Source of the DNA: Kiritimatiellia bacterium
GTDB taxonomy: Bacteria > Verrucomicrobiota > Kiritimatiellia > JAAZAB01
Assembly (NCBI GenBank): GCA_041674125.1
Contig: JBAYWJ010000002.1
Location: 1 to 42,322, forward strand
DNA: 42,322 bases
Direction: 5' to 3'
Numbering within the stretch: the first letter of the stretch is position 1; each line of letters starts with the position of its first letter. The translations under genes and the position numbers were made by a program. Below are positions 17,591 through 25,438 of this stretch, in pieces. Under the pieces are notes generated by a model that saw only the letters and a program-made list of their open reading frames with translations, was not told where the DNA came from and did no database searches.

Positions 17591-19264
17591 ATGAATCTTG
17601 CACTGCCCCCGGCCGTAAAGAAGCCGGCTTTCATGGCCGGCGCGGTTGTATTCTGCTCTTCGCTCCTGGTCCAGGCCGTCCTGCTGGCCGACTACTGCCT
17701 GCACTCGCCCTTCTATTCCGGCCTGATCTGCGATTCCAAGGTGTATTACAAGTGGGCCTCGGCCATCATCGCCGGCGACTGGTTCGGGGGCGAAGTTTTC
17801 CACCAGGCGCCGCTCTACCCCTACTTCATCGCCCTGCTCTGGCTGGCCGCCGGCAAGGGCTATTTTGTCATATACGCCGCCCAGGCGCTCCTGCTGGCAT
17901 GCTCCTGCCTGCTGGCGTTCCTGGTCGGCAAAAGATATTTCAACACCGGAACCGGACTGGCCGCGGGCTTGCTTTGCGCGTTTTACGGGACCGTGAATTT
18001 TTACGCACTGAAAATCCTTCCCGACATCGCCGGAGTATTTTTGCACCTGTGTCTGGCCTGGCTCCTCTTGCGGGCCGGGAGGGAACGCCAGTGGGCGGCT
18101 GCGGGATTCGTTTGGGGCCTCCTCGTCATCGCCAGGCCGCACGCCCTGCTGCTAGCGCCCATGCTACTGGCCTGGGCGGCCTTCCTGCGGGCGGAGGGGC
18201 CCGTTGCTTTCCCAAAAGTTATGACGGGCCTGAGGCGGTTCGCAATTTTCATCCTGCCTGCCGCCGCGCTGGTGGGCCTGGTGGCCCTGCGCAACTTCGC
18301 AATCGAGCCGGACCTGGTGATAATCTCCTGCAACGGCGGCGAAAATTTTTACATGGGCAACAACCCGAAGGCGGAGGGGATATACTGCCGGATGGAAGGC
18401 ATCTCGCCTGATATCGAGCACCAGAAGGAGGACGTAAAAGCCGCGGCCGAATCAGCGGCCGGGCGCAAGCTCAACAGGGCCAGGGTTTCAACCTACTGGC
18501 GCGACAGGGGTTTCGAGTTCATCCGCGGCAACTTCCCGGCCTACCTCCGGCTCGAGATGCTCAAGCTCAAGCGCATTTTTTCCGGCATAGAATATACCAA
18601 CATGTATTTCACCTGGTTTGAAAAGCCGCTTTTCACCAGGACCCTGTCCATCCCGGCGGCCGGCTTTTACCTGGTCCTGCCCATGGCCGCAATAGGCGCA
18701 ATCCTACTGGCCGGACGCTGGCGGCAACTCGCCCTGCTCCACATCATGATCCTGCTGGGCATCGTCAACATGCTCGTTTTTTACGTGGACGAGCGCTACC
18801 GCCTGTCCATGATCCCTTTCATGATCATCCTGGGCGCGGGCGGGATGTTCCGCCTTTATGAAATCCTGCGGTCCCCGGCAACTCCGCGGGTGCGGAAGCT
18901 TGCCGCGCTTGCGGTCGCGGCGGGAGCCCTTGCGGCGACATACCACATGGCCCGCACCGAGCCGGCGCGGCTCGAAGTTGAGCCGCAGCTTTACTACAAC
19001 CTGGGCGAGGTTTATTTTGAAAAGGGCGAATACCGGCGGGCACTGGAGACCTTCTACCACTCCAGCCGCCTGGCCGCCAACAACTGGGAATCGGCCGTGG
19101 GAGTCAGCAAAACGCTTTTCGCCATGGGCAGGCCGGACGTAGCCGCCGGGCTCTACCGGCAGGCCTTTCCGTGCCTGGACCGCGAGCTCCAGGAAAGCTT
19201 CCTGAGGGACCGCGACCTCGACGGACTCAGGGCTTACATCGCCTCTCAGGATAAACAAAACTGA
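17591..19264 (+). CDS. Polytopic GT-C-fold (GT39/ArnT/PMT_2-like) membrane glycosyltransferase with C-terminal TPR repeats
   Basis: ORF track 557 aa. About 10 or more hydrophobic helices. An early loop acidic motif (CDSKVYY), then the TPR-like segment YYNLGEVYFEKGEYRRALETFYHSSRLAANNWES. Confidence 0.55.
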   Translation: MNLALPPAVKKPAFMAGAVVFCSSLLVQAVLLADYCLHSPFYSGLICDSKVYYKWASAIIAGDWFGGEVFHQAPLYPYFIALLWLAAGKGYFVIYAAQALLLACSCLLAFLVGKRYFNTGTGLAAGLLCAFYGTVNFYALKILPDIAGVFLHLCLAWLLLRAGRERQWAAAGFVWGLLVIARPHALLLAPMLLAWAAFLRAEGPVAFPKVMTGLRRFAIFILPAAALVGLVALRNFAIEPDLVIISCNGGENFYMGNNPKAEGIYCRMEGISPDIEHQKEDVKAAAESAAGRKLNRARVSTYWRDRGFEFIRGNFPAYLRLEMLKLKRIFSGIEYTNMYFTWFEKPLFTRTLSIPAAGFYLVLPMAAIGAILLAGRWRQLALLHIMILLGIVNMLVFYVDERYRLSMIPFMIILGAGGMFRLYEILRSPATPRVRKLAALAVAAGALAATYHMARTEPARLEVEPQLYYNLGEVYFEKGEYRRALETFYHSSRLAANNWESAVGVSKTLFAMGRPDVAAGLYRQAFPCLDRELQESFLRDRDLDGLRAYIASQDKQN

Positions 19265-19274
19265 AAACACACTC

Positions 19275-20045
19275 ATGAAATCACTCCCCAGGCTTTTTCT
19301 GGTATCCGGATGGGCGCACGGCCCCCAAGCCCTGCAAGTCCTGGGCGGCCTCATGGCGGATGTGGCGCAGGTCACGCTCGTTTCAACCGGGGAGCTGTGG
19401 GACGGCGCCCGGCGCCCCGGCCCGCAAAGCCCATGGGCCGCGGGCCTGGCTGAAAAGGCCGCGCAAATCGGGGGCGAAATATTTGTTGCCGGCTGGTCCA
19501 TGGGCGGCATGGTCGCGCTCGAGGCGGCCTGCCTCCGCCCGGGCCTGTTCAAGGGGTTAATGCTAATTTCCGCCACGCCGAAATTCTGCTCCGGGCCGGA
19601 CTGGAAGCCGGGCGTTCCGCCCGCGGCGCTCAGGGCCATGGCCGCCAGGCTCCGGGGGGAAAGCGGCCCGGTCTTCACCGGCTTTTTCAGGAACGTGGCC
19701 CGGCCGGCCGGGGAAGCCGGGGAGGCGCTCCGCCGGAAAACCACCGCGGCGGCGGCCATGAACCGGCTTGAATTATCCGCCGGCCTGCATTATCTTTCCG
19801 GCACTGACCTGCGGGACAGGGCCGGAGGGCTTGATGTTCCCGCGCTGGTCATCCACGGCCGGGATGACGCCATAGTCCCGCCCGAAGCCGGCATGGCGCT
19901 GCAAGGCCTGCTGCCGGATGCAAGGGTTAAAATCCATGGCGGAGGCCACGGGCTGCCGTGGCAGGCGCCCGGCGCGGTCGCCGGCGACATGAAGGAATTT
20001 TTGCAGGAATGCCTAAGCCAGCACACAACCCGGGCCGCGCCGTGA
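19275..20045 (+). CDS. bioH: Alpha/beta-hydrolase, BioH-like pimeloyl-ACP methyl ester esterase
   Basis: ORF track 256 aa. Nucleophile elbow GWSMGG, and later IHGRDDAIVP and GGGHGLPW (Ser-Asp-His). Sits immediately upstream of bioC-bioD. Confidence 0.65.
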   Translation: MKSLPRLFLVSGWAHGPQALQVLGGLMADVAQVTLVSTGELWDGARRPGPQSPWAAGLAEKAAQIGGEIFVAGWSMGGMVALEAACLRPGLFKGLMLISATPKFCSGPDWKPGVPPAALRAMAARLRGESGPVFTGFFRNVARPAGEAGEALRRKTTAAAAMNRLELSAGLHYLSGTDLRDRAGGLDVPALVIHGRDDAIVPPEAGMALQGLLPDARVKIHGGGHGLPWQAPGAVAGDMKEFLQECLSQHTTRAAP

Positions 20046-20047
20046 GC

Positions 20048-20851
20048 ATGCGGTTTTCGGCCGCGGCCGGCACATACCACCGCCGCGCCAAAATCCAGCG
20101 CCGGGTCGCCGCGGAGCTGCTGGCGCTGCTCGCGGAAAAAAGCGCGGGCGCCCGCGCCCGCTTCGCGCCGGCTCGCATTCTCGAAATCGGCTGCGGAACC
20201 GGAGTCCTTACGCAAATGCTGGCAAAGGCGTTTCCCCGCGCCGCGGTAGACGCGGTTGATGCTTCCGCGGCAATGATTCTGAAGGCGCGCAAGCGCCTCG
20301 CCGTGAACCGGAGGATACGGTGGATTGCGGCGGACGCGCGCCGTCTGCCGGCCGCCGATAAATATCCGCTCATTGCCAGCAGCTGCGCCCTGCACTGGAT
20401 CAGGCCCCTCGCCGGTATCATCAAAAGGCTCGGGGCCATGCTGGAGCCCGGCGGTATGCTGGCCATGGCGGTCATGACGCGCGGCACTTTCATGGAACTC
20501 AATGCCTCGCGGCGCCGGGTCGCCCCGCTCAAGAAAAGCCGGGTTGTCCTGCCCGCCCAATATGAAATTATAAATGCCGCTGCGCGGGCCGGGCTCCGGT
20601 TGAGGATGGCAAAAAACGCGCGCATGCGGGAAACGTTTTCATCGCCTGAACAATTGCTGAAGCTGCTGCACGACCAGGGCCTGACCGGCGGGAACGCGCC
20701 GGACAGGAATCACGCCCTGACGCGCTCCGAGCTTTTGCGCCTGGCGGAAGATTACCGGCGGAGATACCGCGCCGGGCGCGGGATTTACGCCACCTACCGG
20801 GTTTTTTACGGCATTGCTCAAAAAAAATTTAACCACTCAGAGACACAGTGA
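20048..20851 (+). CDS. bioC: Malonyl-ACP O-methyltransferase
   Basis: In frame with ORF 19958-20851. The start is taken as ATG 20048 (GTG 20042, overlapping the bioH stop, is also possible). SAM motif ILEIGCGTGVLTQML. Context is bioH-bioC-bioD. Confidence 0.75.
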   Translation: MRFSAAAGTYHRRAKIQRRVAAELLALLAEKSAGARARFAPARILEIGCGTGVLTQMLAKAFPRAAVDAVDASAAMILKARKRLAVNRRIRWIAADARRLPAADKYPLIASSCALHWIRPLAGIIKRLGAMLEPGGMLAMAVMTRGTFMELNASRRRVAPLKKSRVVLPAQYEIINAAARAGLRLRMAKNARMRETFSSPEQLLKLLHDQGLTGGNAPDRNHALTRSELLRLAEDYRRRYRAGRGIYATYRVFYGIAQKKFNHSETQ

Positions 20852-20877
20852 CATCTGTGGTCAATATGGTCTTACGC

Positions 20878-21543
20878 ATGAAAAAATTAAACGGCATATT
20901 CGTGACCGGGACGGACACGGGCGTCGGGAAGACGATCGTTTCCGCCGCCCTGCTATGCGCCCTCAGGAATCGGGGCGTTGACGCGGTTTACATGAAGCCC
21001 GTCCAGACCGGCTGCCGGCGCCGGGCGGGCAAATTATCCGCTCCGGACCTGGAAGAAGTCTGTAAAATCTCCGGCATCAATCCGCCCGACGCGGAGAAAA
21101 AAATCATGGCCCCCTGCCGGCTCCGACTGGCCGCTTCCCCCCACCTGGCGGCCGCGCTGGAAAAGCGGAATATCAGAATACCGGAGATCATGAAAGCTTT
21201 CGCCAGTCTAAAAAGCCGCCATGATTTTGTGATCACGGAGGGCGCCGGCGGAATTTTGGCGCCGTTGACGCGGGAAAAAACCATGCTGGACCTGGCGCGG
21301 GCGCTGAAGCTGCCGGTAATTGTTGTCGCCCGGCCGGGCCTGGGCACGCTCAATCACACCCTGCTGACCTTGCGGGAGCTCAGGCGGGCAAAGCTGGATA
21401 TTCTCGGCGTGATAATCAATCACGCCGCCCGGGGCAGGAAAACAATTGTTGAAAAAGACAACCTGGCAACAATAGCCCGGCTCGGGAAAACGCGTGTTAT
21501 TGCCGAACTGCCGTTTATCCAGAAATCTGCATTAAAGGAATAG
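20878..21543 (+). CDS. bioD: Dethiobiotin synthase (ATP-dependent)
   Basis: ORF track 20848-21543 begins with GTG overlapping the bioC stop. ATG 20878 gives the canonical N-terminus MKKLNGIFVTGTDTGVGKT (P-loop). Also contains EGAGG. Confidence 0.9.
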   Translation: MKKLNGIFVTGTDTGVGKTIVSAALLCALRNRGVDAVYMKPVQTGCRRRAGKLSAPDLEEVCKISGINPPDAEKKIMAPCRLRLAASPHLAAALEKRNIRIPEIMKAFASLKSRHDFVITEGAGGILAPLTREKTMLDLARALKLPVIVVARPGLGTLNHTLLTLRELRRAKLDILGVIINHAARGRKTIVEKDNLATIARLGKTRVIAELPFIQKSALKE

Positions 21544-21557
21544 ATCGATTATCCAGA

Positions 21558-22148
21558 CTACTGAAGGAGGCGTTTCACATCACATTTCACAGTGGAGGGA
21601 TATTTCTTCAGACGGCCCTGAAGCAGGCCCGAATCCAAGTGATTCAGATTTCGGAATGTCACAATATCAGATGGGGAAATACCGCGTTTCCGGCACAGGT
21701 GAACAAAATCACATACGGCCTGTTCCGGTGAAACGATGATATTTTTCTGCGGATATGAATAAACCAAACCGGTGACACATACAAACACAATGCGCCCCAG
21801 GGGTGTAACCCGTATTCTTGAGCGATTATGCCTGTGATTAGTAAAACATGAAACCTCTGTCGGCACCTGAGTAATCAACTGATGCCGGTAAAGGGCATAC
21901 ATTCCCGTAACATACGCTGCGGGATCAATTGAAGGTACCAGATCTTCAATCCTGACTGCTGCAGGCATACCGTATCGGCCCTTGGTATAATGCTGCATAA
22001 TCCCGCTCTTTACTAACCTTGAAAGCGATCCTTTGAGAGATTTCGGGGCCAGCAAGGATATGTTAGACAATTCGGTTATTGTAAAAACAACTTTACCGTA
22101 TTTATCACGCTGTTCTTGCAGAGTTTTTTGCCAATCAATTGCTTTCAT
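21558..22148 (-). CDS. AbiEi-like (type IV TA antitoxin / wHTH regulator) protein
   Basis: ORF track 196 aa. wHTH-like segment FTITELSNISLLAPKSLKGSLSRLVKSGIMQHYTKGRYGM, then the AYVTGMYALYRHQLITQVP block typical of AbiEi. The ATG overlaps the upstream ORF by 14 nt and has GGAG 9 nt upstream. Confidence 0.6.
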   Translation of the reverse strand: MKAIDWQKTLQEQRDKYGKVVFTITELSNISLLAPKSLKGSLSRLVKSGIMQHYTKGRYGMPAAVRIEDLVPSIDPAAYVTGMYALYRHQLITQVPTEVSCFTNHRHNRSRIRVTPLGRIVFVCVTGLVYSYPQKNIIVSPEQAVCDFVHLCRKRGISPSDIVTFRNLNHLDSGLLQGRLKKYPSTVKCDVKRLLQ

Positions 22149-22953
22149 CCGTCTTCTCCAAACTGATATACTGTTTTAGTATGCTCATAACTGTATTGAG
22201 AATCATCCTCCCGCCGCCGCTATCATTTAGTTGAGCGGCTGCTTCGGAATCGAGTTGCGTGTCAATCACTTCCTGGGTAGCCTTGGTGTGATAATCCGAG
22301 TATTCCTGAAAGTCACGCATCTTCTTCCCAATATCGTTATCATTCATCCTTAACGCGTGAAGTTTTGACTTCAGCCTTTCAGCTGAATCTGACCGAAAGC
22401 GATCACGGAACAGGAATACATCTACAATATCACGATGCCTCAACGATGTTCTTCCAAATATGGCGATAACTTTGCTCTCGATCATGTCTCCTTCCGACGC
22501 CGTTGCATATATCGTTCCTCCTGCAGTGCGAATTTCAATGGGATCTGCACAGGCAATGCGCGTCACTTCAACGGGTATTTCTATGCGGCTGGATGGCGTA
22601 TCATCCTTCCAAAAAGAAAGGTCTACAACTCGCATAAACGGAGAATCGGCATCCGGTCCGGTCAGAGCATCGACTCTTCCGGAATAGCCAAGAAGTCTTG
22701 ATATTTCGGGAAGCAAAATTCGACGGAAAGAATCTATCAGCCCTCTTTGTTTTTCCTCAAGGTCTCCTGCCCAGTGATAATCAATGTCGTCTGAAGTGCG
22801 TACGCTATCATCCAGAAAACGATACCTGAATCCACCGATCAGGGCCAGATTGCGCCCTACAGGATGAGTCGCTACATGCCGGGCGACAACCCTTTGAATA
22901 GCCTCTACTTCCTTCTGTTTTTCAGTTGTCATGCGCCACTTTATAGTCAACAT
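22135..22953 (-). CDS. AbiEii/AbiGii-family nucleotidyltransferase (type IV TA toxin-like)
   Basis: ORF track 272 aa. NTase signature LIGGFRYRFLDDSVRTSDDIDYHW (GG...DxD) and a later block ESKVIAIFGRTSLRHRDIVDVFLF (K...R....RD..D), as in the DUF1814/AbiEii family. Confidence 0.65.
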   Translation of the reverse strand: MLTIKWRMTTEKQKEVEAIQRVVARHVATHPVGRNLALIGGFRYRFLDDSVRTSDDIDYHWAGDLEEKQRGLIDSFRRILLPEISRLLGYSGRVDALTGPDADSPFMRVVDLSFWKDDTPSSRIEIPVEVTRIACADPIEIRTAGGTIYATASEGDMIESKVIAIFGRTSLRHRDIVDVFLFRDRFRSDSAERLKSKLHALRMNDNDIGKKMRDFQEYSDYHTKATQEVIDTQLDSEAAAQLNDSGGGRMILNTVMSILKQYISLEKTDESN

Positions 22954-22969
22954 ACAGATACATATTTAT

Positions 22970-23005
22970 GTAACAAATGGCAACATTATTGTTGCTATTT
23001 GTTAC
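22970..23005. promoter_or_regulatory. 36-bp near-perfect palindrome upstream of the AbiEii-like gene (candidate operator)
   Basis: GTAACAAATGGCAACATT|ATTGTTGCTATTTGTTAC: 16 of 18 positions pair. Lies 17-52 nt upstream of start 22953, in an AT-rich stretch with promoter-like hexamers on the minus strand (TTGCGG-16 nt-TAATGT). Confidence 0.5.
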
Positions 23006-23049
23006 CGCAAACAATAGATGGTCCACCAGTCTTTGCCTTAGAGAAAACA

Positions 23050-23382
23050 TTAACTTATGTTAACTTTGGCAAAGCAGGTTAACATGGACTTGAGGAAGGC
23101 GCGCCGAACCAACTTGCCCTTCTCAATCCCAAGCCGCATCTTCTGCTCCTGCAGTTTCTCCCGGGCGTCAGACTCAGTCGTGGAATCCACAACGAGCTTC
23201 TGAGATAGAACGATGTCAATCTGGTTTGCCTCCTGAAATGCCATGATAGATGCGTACAGCGCGTCCCGATCTTTCGTTCCGTCCAATTCCCCTCCCGGCT
23301 TGTCGTTGCCCCCCGTTGCGGCAGAAATGGCAAGCATGGCGATTATGAGACCGACCGCTACGTTGAACTGGTATGTTTGCAT
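23050..23382 (-). CDS. Small hypothetical protein with a single N-terminal hydrophobic helix (membrane-anchored or secreted)
   Basis: ORF track 23050-23448. The start is moved to ATG 23382, preceded by GAAAGGAG. The product (110 aa) begins MQTYQFNVAVGLIIAMLAISAATGGNDKPGG. No family recognised. Confidence 0.5.
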   Translation of the reverse strand: MQTYQFNVAVGLIIAMLAISAATGGNDKPGGELDGTKDRDALYASIMAFQEANQIDIVLSQKLVVDSTTESDAREKLQEQKMRLGIEKGKLVRRAFLKSMLTCFAKVNIS

Positions 23383-23440
23383 TTGTCTCCTTTCTATCCT
23401 GTCGAATGGTCCGGATGAGCGCGACGCAGACGGGCATAAA

Positions 23441-24871
23441 TCAGTCAATATCCTTCGGATAGCGCTTGTCGCCGCATTCAGCCTGGAGGCGGTGCAGCTC
23501 GCCTTTCAATTCCGGCACGATGCCTGCATAAGCCGGATCGGCGTAAACGCTGTGCATTTCGCGCGGGTCTTTCTGCAGGTCGAACAATTCCCACTCGGGC
23601 GCGCATGTTGCGCCGGTTGCGCCGGGCTGTGCGAGGGCATCGGCGTAATAATAGATCAGCTTGTAGCGCCCGGTCCTGATGCCGTAGTGGGCATAGACGT
23701 TATGGTGGGCCTTGTGCATCCAGTAGCGGTAATACATCGCCTGCCGCCAGTCCGGGGGAGTGCTGCCTTTCAAAAGAGGCAGCAGACTGCGCCCCTGGAA
23801 AGATGCCGGAACCGGACCGCCGGCCAGGTCCAGGAAAAGGGGGGCAAAGTCCAGGTTGAGCACGATATCATCATTGACCGAGCCGGGCTTCACCACCCCG
23901 GGATAGCGCAGGATGAAAGGCATGCGCAAGGATTCCTCGTACATGAAGCGCTTGTCATACCAGCCGTGGTCGCCGAGAAAAAATCCCTGGTCCGAGGTGT
24001 AGATGACGACCGTGTTGTCTGCAAGGCCTTCCCCATCCAGGTAATCCAGGAGCCGGCCGACGTTGTCGTCAATGCTCGCCACGACTCTGAGATAGTCCTT
24101 GATGTAAAGCTGGTAAGCCCAGCGGCGCAGCTCGTTCTCCGGCATGTTAGCGGGAACATCGCACTTGAGATCCGTTTTCGTCATGTTCGGCCCGACGCGC
24201 ATCCTGGCCGCCGCGGCGGCGGAAGCGCGGTTGCTGTAATTGTCGAAAAGCGTCTCCGGCTCCGGAATTTTTTCATCCAGGTACATCCGCGCGTGCTTGT
24301 CGTCCGGGCACCAGGGGCGGTGAGGCGCCTTGTGGTGGCAGAGCAGGCAAAAGGGCCGGTTCCGGTCGCGTTTTTCCAGCCAGCCGAGGGACATATCCGT
24401 GATGACGTCCGTGGCATACCCCGGCACCTTGCGCGTAACGCCGCCATCCGGACCTTTGAAAATGAATTCGGGGTCGTGGTAAAGCCCCTGCCCCGGCAGG
24501 ACCGCCCAGTCGTCGAACCCGGCCGGGCAATAGGCCGGCCCCTCGCCCAGGTGCCACTTGCCGAAAAGGGCGGTCTGGTAACCATGCTCAGAAAGCAGCT
24601 TGGGAAAAGTCAGCAGGCGGTTGTCCATGGGAGTGCCGAGAGTCGTCACGCCGTTCACGTGGTTATGCGTGCCGGCCAGGATGGCGGCCCGGCTCGGCGC
24701 GCAGATGGAGTTCGTGCAGAAGCAGTTGTCGAACCGCAGGCCGCCTTCCGCGATCCGGTCCATATGGGGAGTCTTGTTTATGCGGCTCCCGTAGCAGCTC
24801 ATCGCGTGCGAGGCGTGGTCGTCGGACATGATGAACAGGATATTAGGAGCCTGCATGGATGATGACTGCAC
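23441..24871 (-). CDS. Sulfatase (formylglycine-dependent, arylsulfatase A family)
   Basis: ORF track 476 aa. NILFIMSDDH and the CxPxR motif in SICAPSRAAILAG. Confidence 0.9.
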   Translation of the reverse strand: MQSSSMQAPNILFIMSDDHASHAMSCYGSRINKTPHMDRIAEGGLRFDNCFCTNSICAPSRAAILAGTHNHVNGVTTLGTPMDNRLLTFPKLLSEHGYQTALFGKWHLGEGPAYCPAGFDDWAVLPGQGLYHDPEFIFKGPDGGVTRKVPGYATDVITDMSLGWLEKRDRNRPFCLLCHHKAPHRPWCPDDKHARMYLDEKIPEPETLFDNYSNRASAAAAARMRVGPNMTKTDLKCDVPANMPENELRRWAYQLYIKDYLRVVASIDDNVGRLLDYLDGEGLADNTVVIYTSDQGFFLGDHGWYDKRFMYEESLRMPFILRYPGVVKPGSVNDDIVLNLDFAPLFLDLAGGPVPASFQGRSLLPLLKGSTPPDWRQAMYYRYWMHKAHHNVYAHYGIRTGRYKLIYYYADALAQPGATGATCAPEWELFDLQKDPREMHSVYADPAYAGIVPELKGELHRLQAECGDKRYPKDID

Positions 24872-24944
24872 TTTTATTCCTCAGGCCCGCGAAAAACCGC
24901 CGGCTGGTTTGCAAAACTGGTTCATAAACATGCGCTCATTATTT

Positions 24945-25434
24945 TTAAAGCATGCTGAAAGGCCGGTCAAGCATCAATCGTTTCTCCGCCCGGTCATACC
25001 ATCCCTTCGGCAGGAATTCATCCGTGTGCATGAAACACCGCACCCGCACCTCGGGGCTGCCTTCATTGAATACAAGCAGCCGGCTTTTCGGGACATTGGT
25101 TGATCCGTGATACCGGCTCAGGCAGGCGGCATTGATAAAATATGTCCCCCATTTTTTTTCCACGTGGGATTTGGCCCCGCAGGTGTCGTCCGGATGCGCG
25201 TGGGTGTTTTCTTAAAACACCGAACTGGCGGACCACTTCCTCTCCTTCCGGATCCTCCGGCACGGACTGCCCGCCTGACATGTCCCCGACATCAAGGGCC
25301 ACATCCCATTCAAAGGCCCACTGTGAGCGCTCGGAATCGCGCAGGGCATCGGCCAGGCTTGCGCGGCCGTTTTTCAAATCGGTGCCAACGTGGGCATCGC
25401 CGAACACCCACAAGTTAAAAGTATTGCCGGACAT
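24945..25434 (-). pseudogene. Metallophosphoesterase remnant: N-terminal and C-terminal parts in different frames, with the middle of the family missing
   Basis: Frame A (ATG 25434) gives MSGNTFNLWVFGDAHVGTDLKNGRASL...DVALDVGDMSGGQSVPEDPEGEEVVRQFGVLRKH (GDxH and GD motifs), then an unrelated tail to 25063. A second frame, open from 25211 to 24945, gives ENTHAHPDDTCGAKSHVEKKWGTYFINAACLSRYHG...SRLLVFNEGSPEVRVRCFMHTDEFLPKGWYDRAEK, which matches the C-terminal GHTH-type end of the same family from memory. No GNH(D/E) motif is present anywhere. Confidence 0.55.
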
Positions 25435-25438
25435 TACT

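Noticed and set aside
22864-23082. A 72-aa plus-strand ORF spans the palindrome upstream of the AbiE-like operon.
   Set aside because: It has no RBS, is Cys/Tyr-rich with odd composition, and overlaps the start of the minus-strand gene and the operator-like palindrome. It is most likely spurious.
23243-24862. A long antisense ORF (539 aa). Similar long ORFs occur at 36200-38290, 38369-39511, 14207-15472, 16949-18142, 18704-19759, 2669-3682, 4400-5287, 13428-14237 and 28259-28618.
   Set aside because: They lie opposite or out of frame to genes with clear family motifs. They are Arg/Ala/Gly/Pro-rich and low in complexity, as expected for shadow ORFs in G+C-rich DNA. No motifs were recognised.
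25152-25159. A T8 (A8 on the coding strand) homopolymer was considered as the frameshift or slippage site that would join the two metallophosphoesterase fragments.
   Set aside because: The C-terminal frame is already open from 25211, upstream of the homopolymer. Family-like sequence in that frame (THAHPDD...) also begins before the run. The frame change must therefore lie near 25200-25215, and the missing central motifs point to a deletion, not slippage.
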